Positions 56,825-64,000 of a DNA stretch of 64,000 nt are shown piece after piece (position 1 is the stretch's first letter; each line of letters opens with the position of its first letter). Both the position numbers and the translations under genes were made by a program. Source of the DNA: Nitrospinota bacterium (GTDB lineage Bacteria; UBA8248). The stretch spans positions 10,949 to 74,948 of the forward strand of contig VXPH01000008.1 in NCBI GenBank assembly GCA_009839615.1. The letters are read 5' to 3'. Under the pieces are notes generated by a model. The model did not search any database, was not told where the DNA came from, and was given only the letters and a program-made list of their open reading frames with translations.

Positions 56825-57376
56825 ATGAAAGACTGGTTCAAGAGATTCACGGATTTCGACGATCCGAACAAGCTCATGCCCTGGAAGGACAAAAGCCCCG
56901 AACCCCAGGGGGAGACGCCCGAGGACCGGCCGGAGATCCCCATCAAGCCGGTCTGGTATTTCGCCATGTACTTCATCATGGGCGTGGGGTTCGACACCCT
57001 GTTCCCCACCTACGCGTTTCCCGAGAACGTGCGCTTCACGCTCGGGGTCGGGCTGGTGTTCGCGGGCGCCGTCCTGAATTCGATCTCACTCGTCCGCTAC
57101 AGGAACGCCCGCACGAACCACGAGACGAACAAGCCGGCGCACGTCCTCATCACGGAAGGCCCCTACAGCTTCTCACGCAACCCCATCTATCTGGGCTACA
57201 TGTGCCTCTTCCTGGGACTCGGGATTTTCCTCAACAACTTGTGGATATTCGTTCTGGGCGCGCCGCTGCTCGCCACGGTGCAGGTGGCCATCATCGCGCG
57301 CGAAGAAGATTACCTGGCGGAGAAATTCGGCGAGGAATACGGCGAATACTGCCAGAGCGTGCGCCGCTGGCTGTAG
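56825..57376 (+). CDS. isoprenylcysteine carboxyl methyltransferase (ICMT)/phospholipid methyltransferase-family membrane methyltransferase
   Basis: 183 aa; C-terminal ITEGPYSFSRNPIYLGYM...AREEDYLAEKFGEEY signature of the ICMT/PEMT family. Confidence 0.78.
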   Translation: MKDWFKRFTDFDDPNKLMPWKDKSPEPQGETPEDRPEIPIKPVWYFAMYFIMGVGFDTLFPTYAFPENVRFTLGVGLVFAGAVLNSISLVRYRNARTNHETNKPAHVLITEGPYSFSRNPIYLGYMCLFLGLGIFLNNLWIFVLGAPLLATVQVAIIAREEDYLAEKFGEEYGEYCQSVRRWL

Positions 57377-57439
57377 GGGTTGTTGAAGAAATCCTGATTC
57401 CGTGATCTAGCGTATATTACCTACCGGTGAGAGAGAAGA

Positions 57440-57615
57440 ATTACTCCCCCCTTGAGGGGGAGTCGGCAAGACGAGGACGTAGTCCGAAGTCGCGCCGGTG
57501 GGGGGAGTTTGTATATTTGGGGGTGTGTCCCCCCACCACATCGGCCTTCGTCCAAAGGCTCGGCCTCTGTCGGGCTTTCCCCTCGGGAAGCCCGACCCCC
57601 TCAAGGGGGGAGTGA
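57440..57615. repeat. highly structured intergenic element with nested inverted repeats
   Basis: Outer pair CTCCCCCCTTGAGGGGGAGTCGGC ... GCCCGACCCCCTCAAGGGGGGAG. Inner hairpins GGTGGGGGGAG..TCCCCCCACC and GTCGGGCTT-TCCCCTCGGG-AAGCCCGAC. Lies between convergent genes. No tRNA features. Confidence 0.5.
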
Positions 57616-57757
57616 ACTTCAAAAGCGTACACGCAGCCGAAAATCGCCTCCCAGGCCTTTTTCAACAGCCCCCTCCAGCGCGGCTCGCTCGAAAAGAAAG
57701 AGGCCGCCCCCGGCGGAGCGGCCCCTCGAAACTCGACTCGGATGATTCTCTCTGAAA

Positions 57758-58363
57758 CTACCTCACCCCCTTGGGCTTGGGGCGCGCCTTGCGCTTGGTG
57801 ATCTCTTTTTTGATCGCGGCGTCTGATTTCCCGTTCGTCTCGATGCCGAAGACCTCACCCACGCGGGTGTGCTTGTCCATCACGCGCATGAAGGAGATGT
57901 CGGTCATCTCGGCGATCACCATCTCGCAGGTGCTGAAGATGGTGCACCCCTCCACGAGGTGGCCGCCGAAGCACGTCGCCTCGGGCCGGCCCATCGAGAT
58001 GGTGACGTGGGCGTGGAGGTAGGGCTCGCCCGCCTCGGTCTCGGTGATGTTGCCGCTCATCTGCAAAAGCTCCAGCGGGCCGCCTATGGGCGTGAAAATG
58101 CGGCACTCGTCGTTGATGGGGAACGGGTTCGGGAACTGCCAGACGTTTCTTAACACCGCCTTTTGCAGGCTCGCCGCCACGCTCAGGATGACGCCCGCCT
58201 TCACGCCCTTCTCCTGGCATATCTTGAGCGTCGTGCCGAACAGGTCGTCCCCTGGCGCCATGCGGATGGCCAGGACGCGGCCGATACTCGCCTCGGCCAC
58301 GTCGTAGCGGGCCTTGCGGGTCTTCCAGTTGGAATTATCGAAATTCGTCAGTTTTCTCGCCAT
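57758..58363 (-). CDS. PPC/DUF296-domain protein (PCC-type DNA-binding fold)
   Basis: 201 aa; DUF296-like core (GRVLAIRMAPGDDL...GVILSVAASL...GGHLVEGCTIF), basic C-terminal tail. Confidence 0.6.
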   Translation of the reverse strand: MARKLTNFDNSNWKTRKARYDVAEASIGRVLAIRMAPGDDLFGTTLKICQEKGVKAGVILSVAASLQKAVLRNVWQFPNPFPINDECRIFTPIGGPLELLQMSGNITETEAGEPYLHAHVTISMGRPEATCFGGHLVEGCTIFSTCEMVIAEMTDISFMRVMDKHTRVGEVFGIETNGKSDAAIKKEITKRKARPKPKGVR

Positions 58364-58495
58364 GGATACTCATTCTCCTTGAGAGGCGTCCCGCCTCGTA
58401 TGTGAAAAGATGCGCTGTGCACGAAATTTTTCGGGGTTATACCACACCGAACCCCGGCGCGCATTCCGGGTTCGGGAGTGCGCTGCGAAACCGCC

Positions 58496-59770
58496 TCACG
58501 CGCTCGGCGCCTCGTAGCGGACCTCCCCGTTCGTGACCGTGCAGACGACGAACGCATCCGCCTCGAACACGTCACCCAGGTGCAAATCGCCCACTCCGCG
58601 CGGCGGGCAGACGACGCAGAAATCGGCCGCGCCGCCGGGCTTCAGAACGCCTATTTCCTCAAAGCCGAGCGCCTCGGCCCCTGCGCGGGTGCACATCTCG
58701 AGCAGTTCGGCGTCCGTGATCTCCGCATCATGTTCCCTGAGCGCGCGGGCCTCGTCCAGTAGCGAGAGCGAGGGGCTGCTCGCCAGGCTGTCCGTTCCCA
58801 GGCACAGGTCCAGCCCCGCCTCGCGCATGCGCGCCGCATCGGCGAAGGGGTGATCGAAAAAGCCCGCCGAGCGCGGACAAAGACAGACGCGCACCCCGTT
58901 CTTCCTGAGGAGCGTCCAGTCTTCGGCGTTGGTCTGGTTCGCGTGAACGGCGAGAGCGAGGCCACCCAGCGCGTCCGCCAGATCGAGATGCGCGACGGGG
59001 CGAAGGCCCGAGGGCTTGTAGCCGTCCAGTGCGCCGTTCAGCGCCCGGTGGACCCTCGCGAGCGCGCCGCCGCCGTCTTGCAGGAATTCGACCTCCTCCA
59101 TGCTTTCGCCCAGGTGCGTCGCCACGGGCCAGCCTCTCGCTCTCGCCTCCTCCGCCGCCGCGCGGTAAAGGGCGAGCGAGGCGCTATAGGGCGCGTGGGG
59201 ACTCAGACCGTGACGCACGGCGTTCGGGATTAAGCCCTTGTATTCCGGGAAGAGGTCGCAGGCTTCGAGCTTCGCCGCCAGAATCTCGTCCGCCCGCGCA
59301 GGATCCAGCCCCAGCACCTCGTGAAACACCACGCCGCGCATCCCCGCGCCCGCGATCGCCGTGGCGCTCTCGCCCGAAGTCGAGACGTCACCGACGCAGG
59401 TAACGCCCGCCGCCAGGCTCGCGGCGACGCCGATTTGGGCCGAGGCCAGGAACAGATGCGCGGGCCAGTCCCGCATCTCGCGCACGAGCGAGACGATCCA
59501 CTCCTCCATCGGGCCGGGCTTTCGCTTGACGCCGGAGAGTTCCAGGTGCGTGTGCGCGTTCACGAGGCCGGGAATCAGGATCGCGCGCCCGAAATCGCGC
59601 TCCTCGGCCGCGGGTTCCGCGGGACGAACGAAAGCCTCCTCCCCCACCGCCAGAACGCGGCCCGAAGAGGTGAGCAGCGCGCCGCGCCGGATGGGCGGCC
59701 CATCCACCGGACATACCAGGTCCGCCAGCCAAAGCTCCATCTTCTGCGTTCGGGGAGGTTCCGTCGCCAC
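58496..59770 (-). CDS. amidohydrolase-family deaminase (aminodeoxyfutalosine deaminase MqnX-like / chlorohydrolase family)
   Basis: 424 aa; HxH (LVNAHTHLELS), HLGES, GTDS motifs; adjacent to a Mqn radical SAM gene. Confidence 0.7.
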   Translation of the reverse strand: MATEPPRTQKMELWLADLVCPVDGPPIRRGALLTSSGRVLAVGEEAFVRPAEPAAEERDFGRAILIPGLVNAHTHLELSGVKRKPGPMEEWIVSLVREMRDWPAHLFLASAQIGVAASLAAGVTCVGDVSTSGESATAIAGAGMRGVVFHEVLGLDPARADEILAAKLEACDLFPEYKGLIPNAVRHGLSPHAPYSASLALYRAAAEEARARGWPVATHLGESMEEVEFLQDGGGALARVHRALNGALDGYKPSGLRPVAHLDLADALGGLALAVHANQTNAEDWTLLRKNGVRVCLCPRSAGFFDHPFADAARMREAGLDLCLGTDSLASSPSLSLLDEARALREHDAEITDAELLEMCTRAGAEALGFEEIGVLKPGGAADFCVVCPPRGVGDLHLGDVFEADAFVVCTVTNGEVRYEAPSA

Positions 59771-59782
59771 GGGAGAGCGTTG

Positions 59783-60874
59783 CTAGATCAGTTCGTAGAA
59801 GAAGTTGCGCCGCCGGGGCGTGAAGCCGGCGTTACGCGCCATGCGGTGGAGGTCGTCCTCGTTCAGGGCGTAAGTGGTGCCGGCGGCGCTCACGACGTTT
59901 TCCTCCAGCATGGTGGAGCCCATGTCGTTGCAGCCGTAGTGGAGCGACAACTCGCCCACCTTCATGCCCTGCGTCACCCAGGAGGACTGGAAGTTCGCGA
60001 TGTTGTCCAGATACAGGCGGCTGATCGCCAGCATCCGCAAATACTCTGCGCTGCCCACCGTCTGCGCCTTGAGGGGCGCTGCGCCGTCGTTCTGGAACGT
60101 CCAGCAGATGTAGGCCGTGAAGCCGCCCGTCTCGTCCTGAAGCGCGCGCAGGCGGTGGAGATGCTCGACCCGCTCCGCATCGCTCTCCACGTGGCCGAAC
60201 ATCATCGTGGCGGTAGAGCGGATGCCCAGGTTGTGGGCGACGCGCATGACCTCGAGCCAGCCCTCCGCGTCGACTTTGAGCCTCGAAATCTTATCGCGCA
60301 CGCGATCGACCAGAATCTCGCCGCCGCCGCCCGGCACCGAATCCAAGCCCGCCGCGCGCAGGCGCGTGAGCACCACCTCATAGGGCATGTCCTCGAGCCT
60401 CGCGATGTGGTGGATCTCCGGCGGGCTGAGCGCGTGGAGATGAAGGTCGGGAAACTCCCCCTTCATCCAGGAGAAGAGTTCCTCGTACCATTCGATGCGC
60501 AAGTCCGGATGGTGCCCCCCCTGGAGCAGGATCTGCCTGCCGCCGACGGCGTAGAGCTCGTCGAGCTTCTGCTTTATCTCATCGCGCGTGCGGATATAGG
60601 CTTCGGGGTGATCCCCCGGCGGGCGGTAGAACGCGCAGAACGTGCAGTAGACGTCGCACACGTTCGTGTAGTTGATGTTCCTGTCCACGCAATAGGTGGC
60701 GTAGCCTTCCGGGTGCAGTCGCGCGCGCACGTCGTCCGCCGCGGCGCCCAGCGCGACCAAGTCGTCGCCTTCGAGCAGGGCGAGCCCCTCCTCAAAGGAG
60801 AGCCGCTCGCCCGCCGCCGCCTTCTCTATCGCCTCGTAGAACGCCGTCGTCGCCGTGGTCATGGATTTCCTCAA
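59783..60874 (-). CDS. radical SAM menaquinone-biosynthesis protein, MqnC/MqnE family (futalosine pathway)
   Basis: 363 aa; CDVYCTFCAF cluster; GGxxxxP and C-terminal pattern of the MqnC/MqnE family. Confidence 0.75.
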   Translation of the reverse strand: MRKSMTTATTAFYEAIEKAAAGERLSFEEGLALLEGDDLVALGAAADDVRARLHPEGYATYCVDRNINYTNVCDVYCTFCAFYRPPGDHPEAYIRTRDEIKQKLDELYAVGGRQILLQGGHHPDLRIEWYEELFSWMKGEFPDLHLHALSPPEIHHIARLEDMPYEVVLTRLRAAGLDSVPGGGGEILVDRVRDKISRLKVDAEGWLEVMRVAHNLGIRSTATMMFGHVESDAERVEHLHRLRALQDETGGFTAYICWTFQNDGAAPLKAQTVGSAEYLRMLAISRLYLDNIANFQSSWVTQGMKVGELSLHYGCNDMGSTMLEENVVSAAGTTYALNEDDLHRMARNAGFTPRRRNFFYELI

Positions 60875-60914
60875 GGTTCGTTCAAGCCCTGGGAATAATG
60901 CGGGAGAGGCGCGA

Positions 60915-62654
60915 TCAGGTCAACAGATGAAACCGGCGCTGCGAGTCGTTCCCCCGCCCCAGCACCACGTCGCGGGGATTCTCGATGGCGCGGATGGTGA
61001 GCGGCGCTGCGCGGTTTCTCACCTCGATCTGGTGCGCGGGAAAGGCGGAGACGTCCGCGCCCGCGCGCTCCGCCACCTGGGCGGAGATGATGAGCCTGCA
61101 ACCGTATTCCTTGCTCAGGTCCTGCAGGCGGCTGGCCGTGTTCACCGTATCGCCCACCGCCGTGAGATACTTCGCCACGCCCCGGCCCATGTGGCCCACC
61201 ACGGTGGGGCCGGTGTGTATGCCGACCCCGACGCGGAGGGGTTCATCGAGTTCGTCGGCAAGCGTCTTGCTCATGCCGTCGAGCGCGTCCACGATGGCGC
61301 AGGCCGCCGAGAGTGCCTGCCTGCAACCCTCTTCGGGACCCTCCTCGACGCCGAAGAGCGCCATCACGCCGTCGCCCACGAACTGGTTGATGAGTCCGCC
61401 CTCCTTTGTGATCGCCTCACCCATCACGTCGAAGTAGCAGTTGAGGAAGAACACGACGTCATAGGGAAGTTTCTTCTCGGCGATGCGCGTGAAGCCCCTG
61501 AGATCCGCGAACAGGACGGCCACGCCGCGCTCCTGGCCCGAGGCGTAGCCGCGTTGCGCAAAACCCTGCGCCGCATCCGCGCCTGCGGGCAGAAGGAGGA
61601 GAACCGAGAGGTCATTTCCCGGACGCAACTGGCACGCCAGGCGAACGTCGGGCGACGCCTTGATGCGCTCCAGAACGCGCTGCTCCTCGGGCTGCGCGGA
61701 TGGCAGGGCGTCCCCTCCGCCCAGCAGTTTCACCCGGCAGGTGGAGCACCGCCCCCGCCCGCCGCATACCGAAGCGTGCGGGACGCCCGCGGCGCGACTC
61801 GCCTCCAGCACCGTGGAGCCCACCGGCGCGACGGCCTCGCGCCCGCCCGCATAGGCGACGCGGAACGTCTTGCGCATCCGCTCCCGCGCCCCGCGCGCGC
61901 CCCGCGCGAGAAGCACCAGCGCGATAAGGCCCAGATAGCCCCACCAGAGCGCGTCGCGCGCGAGATGGAGCTGCCCTCTCTGCGCGCGGTCCGGCATTCC
62001 GGTTCCGCGCAGCATATCGCGCCGCCACTCCGCATCCGCCGAGAGCCTCGCCGCCTCGCGGCCGCCCTGGCTGAAGCCGGCCAGCGAGAGAGCCGCGATG
62101 AGCACCATGACGGAAAGACACGCCGGAAACCACTTCGAGTACCAGGGCTTGAGCCGCAGCCAGTAGTGGAGACCCACGCAGGCGTGCGTCCAGGCGATGA
62201 GCAGGAAAATCGTTTGTTTGAGTCCTACGTCGGGTGAGCGCTCCCAGTAGAGGTACATCAGGCGCTGGTAGGTATCCATCGTGCCGAACCACTCATGGGC
62301 CAGGCGCGTGCCCACGACGTGCGAGATCATGAACAGGGGAATGGACAGGCCCAGGACGATCTGGAACGCCTCCCAGAGCGGCATCCGGAGGCTGCGGCGG
62401 CCATAGAGGCCGTACATCGCGAGCGCCGTATGCAGGATGAACGAGCCGTAGAACAAGAACGTCCCTGCGCCGCTTCGCCAGAACCCCAGAAACCAGTATC
62501 TGCCCGCGTCCATCGCGGCGAGCGAGGCCAGGCCCAGCGTGTGGTTCGCAAGATGCGTGATGAGAAAGAGAAAAAGAACGCAGCCGGTGCCCAGGCTCAT
62601 GCGTCTGCGCCAGTGTTCGATTTTCGAGGCGGCGGCAGGCGCATCGGTGGTCAT
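60915..62654 (-). CDS. membrane-anchored class III adenylate/guanylate cyclase with an internal 2Fe-2S ferredoxin-like domain
   Basis: 579 aa. N-terminal ~230 aa has 6 predicted TM helices. Ferredoxin-like CGGRGRCSTCRV...C. Then class III cyclase core (VLFADLRGFT...FVGDGVMALFG...GIHTGPTVVGHMG). Confidence 0.75.
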   Translation of the reverse strand: MTTDAPAAASKIEHWRRRMSLGTGCVLFLFLITHLANHTLGLASLAAMDAGRYWFLGFWRSGAGTFLFYGSFILHTALAMYGLYGRRSLRMPLWEAFQIVLGLSIPLFMISHVVGTRLAHEWFGTMDTYQRLMYLYWERSPDVGLKQTIFLLIAWTHACVGLHYWLRLKPWYSKWFPACLSVMVLIAALSLAGFSQGGREAARLSADAEWRRDMLRGTGMPDRAQRGQLHLARDALWWGYLGLIALVLLARGARGARERMRKTFRVAYAGGREAVAPVGSTVLEASRAAGVPHASVCGGRGRCSTCRVKLLGGGDALPSAQPEEQRVLERIKASPDVRLACQLRPGNDLSVLLLLPAGADAAQGFAQRGYASGQERGVAVLFADLRGFTRIAEKKLPYDVVFFLNCYFDVMGEAITKEGGLINQFVGDGVMALFGVEEGPEEGCRQALSAACAIVDALDGMSKTLADELDEPLRVGVGIHTGPTVVGHMGRGVAKYLTAVGDTVNTASRLQDLSKEYGCRLIISAQVAERAGADVSAFPAHQIEVRNRAAPLTIRAIENPRDVVLGRGNDSQRRFHLLT

Positions 62655-62678
62655 GAAACCAGTCTCCAGCGGGGCGGC

Positions 62679-63470
62679 TCAGAGGGGGTTTTTCTCCAGG
62701 AACTTCTCCATCTCCGCGATGAAGGCTTCGGGCTGATCCCAGAAGGAGCTGTGGCCCGCATCGGGGATGATGGAAGTGGCGCAATCGGGCACGTGTTCCG
62801 CATACACCGCGCTGAAGTCGATGGGGCCCGCGTCGTTTTCCCCGTGGCACACCCATGTGGGAACGGAAATCTTATGAAGCTCGTCCCGCAGAACCGGCAT
62901 CGTGAACAGCGCGTGCGCGGTATCGGCGAACGTCTGCGGCGTGTTCTTGAGGAAATTCTCCCTGTACTCCGCCGCCAGGGGACCCTCGCGCAGGCCCTCC
63001 GGAACTTCATCCCGGCGCAGCTTGAATTCGTGCAGCGCCTCCATCCCCTCGGATTCAGCCACTTGCAGGTGCGTCTCGAACATCTCCCCGTACGCGCCCG
63101 AAGGCGGGCCGGCGGAGGAGGCGGAGAGCATGAGGCGGCTTAAGCGCTCTGAATGCTGAATGCCCACCATGGTGCCCGTGCGCCCGCCCATGCTGTGCCC
63201 GAGATAATCGACCCGCTCGATACCGAGAGCGTCCAGAAAGCCCACGACGTCATCCGCAAAGGTCTGGATGGTGTAGGGGCCGCGCGGCTTGTCCGAATCG
63301 CCGTGGCCGCGCAGGTCGAGCGCGTACACGCGGAAGCGTTTGCTAAGCCAGTCGAAGAGGGGCGTGAAGGAGAAATGCGAGTTTTGGAACCCGTGCACCG
63401 CAAGGAGCGGCGTTCCTTCGCCCCGTTCGATATAGTGGATGTCGATTCCGTTCACATGCGCTTTCGGCAA
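62679..63470 (-). CDS. alpha/beta-hydrolase fold protein
   Basis: 263 aa; HGFQNS, nucleophile elbow GHSMGG, C-terminal His region. Confidence 0.8.
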   Translation of the reverse strand: MPKAHVNGIDIHYIERGEGTPLLAVHGFQNSHFSFTPLFDWLSKRFRVYALDLRGHGDSDKPRGPYTIQTFADDVVGFLDALGIERVDYLGHSMGGRTGTMVGIQHSERLSRLMLSASSAGPPSGAYGEMFETHLQVAESEGMEALHEFKLRRDEVPEGLREGPLAAEYRENFLKNTPQTFADTAHALFTMPVLRDELHKISVPTWVCHGENDAGPIDFSAVYAEHVPDCATSIIPDAGHSSFWDQPEAFIAEMEKFLEKNPL

Positions 63471-63541
63471 GGTTGTTCTCCTTTCATTTCATCACTCCGG
63501 CCCTTTGGCCGACGCTGTAGTTCTTTAGACGATTACAAGTT

Positions 63542-64000
63542 TCATGCCCCCACGGGCGGCCTTTCGTTCCTGAGTTCGGGCGTCGCCTCCTCATAGGCGT
63601 GCGCGACGCGCAGGACGTCCGTCTCGCGCCAGGGGCCGCCCGCGATCTGCAGCGAGGTGGGCATGCCCTCCGCGTTCCGGCCCATTGGGGTGACGAGCGC
63701 CGGGAAGCCCGTGGCGTTGTGCGGGCCGAGAAACGGCCTGTGGATGTTCTTGTACGATACGTCGCGCCCGTTCATCTGCGCGGTGAGCGTCGCAATCGGC
63801 GGGGCGACGCAAGGCATGGCGGGCTGGATGAGCGCGTCCGCGCCCTCAAAGAATGCGGCGGCCTCGCGCTGCATCAACACGCGCTCCCGCATGGCGCGCA
63901 CGTAGTCGTCCTGCCCGATCTTGAACGACCACTCCAGCCGCTCGCGCACGTCCTCGCCGTAACCCTCGGGGTTTTGCTCGAAAAACGGCCTGTGGAACTC
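63542..64000 (-). CDS. amidase-signature family enzyme, C-terminal part (gene continues beyond window end)
   Basis: C-terminal region typical of AS-family amidases/GatA (PALVTPMGRNAEGMPTSLQIAG). Frame stays open upstream of the listed Met to position 64000. Confidence 0.65.
   Translation of the reverse strand, partial: EFHRPFFEQNPEGYGEDVRERLEWSFKIGQDDYVRAMRERVLMQREAAAFFEGADALIQPAMPCVAPPIATLTAQMNGRDVSYKNIHRPFLGPHNATGFPALVTPMGRNAEGMPTSLQIAGGPWRETDVLRVAHAYEEATPELRNERPPVGA

Noticed and set aside
56497-57009. 170-aa minus-strand ORF
   Set aside because: Overlaps the plus-strand AhpD-like frame (with SD and family motifs) and the start of the ICMT-family gene; no recognisable features.
57440-57615. 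tRNA / tmRNA / SRP RNA in the structured intergenic element
   Set aside because: No GTTCGA T-loop, no anticodon-arm geometry, no SRP or RNase P consensus blocks. Kept as an unclassified repeat instead.
1-64000. CRISPR arrays, transposases/IS elements, integrases, rRNA
   Set aside because: Scanned for short direct-repeat arrays, DDE or serine/tyrosine recombinase motifs and rRNA-like conserved stretches; none seen.

Overview
This is a high-GC (roughly 65%) bacterial chromosomal segment with strong AAGGAG-type Shine-Dalgarno sites. All annotation is by eye from the translations, with no searches run.

- **Respiratory block (1-17.8 kb, minus strand).** A complete 14-gene complex I operon (nuoA-B-C-D-E-F-G-H-I-J-K-L-M-N, 17806 down to 3095). 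After a 164-nt spacer with a perfect hairpin comes a second, diverged partial cluster nuoA-B-C-D-H (2930 down to 1). It lacks nuoE/F/G and runs off the window start.
- **Accessory and metabolic genes (17.8-64 kb).** These include:
  - a Gram-negative-type pyridoxal-dependent histidine decarboxylase with an ACT-domain protein;
  - an operon of amidohydrolase, NifU-like protein, two oxalate/formate-family MFS transporters, and a GrdB/PrdB-family protein with an in-frame TGA in a U-x-x-C motif (putative selenoprotein);
  - a minus-strand cluster of an alkaline-phosphatase-family phosphodiesterase, a Co-type nitrile hydratase/thiocyanate hydrolase catalytic subunit (VCTLCSCY) with a His-rich N-terminal tail, only the C-terminal half of a beta subunit, and two tandem amidohydrolase-2 paralogs;
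  - a triple-repeat lipoprotein, PfkB kinase and glutaconate-type CoA-transferase A/B;
  - housekeeping genes scpA, scpB, panE, rluB, pgsA, PduO-type adenosyltransferase, scoA/scoB-like CoA-transferase, bioF/kbl-like, crcB and MqnC/E plus a deaminase;
  - a second putative selenoprotein, AhpD-like with C-x-x-U at an in-frame TGA;
  - a membrane adenylate cyclase carrying a 2Fe-2S ferredoxin domain.
- **Negative results.** No rRNA, tRNA, CRISPR array or transposase was recognised.
- **Repeats.** Three copies of a GTAGGG...CCCTAC palindromic element and one highly structured nested inverted-repeat element sit in intergenic regions.

Many long ORFs in the supplied track are antisense GC artefacts and were rejected.
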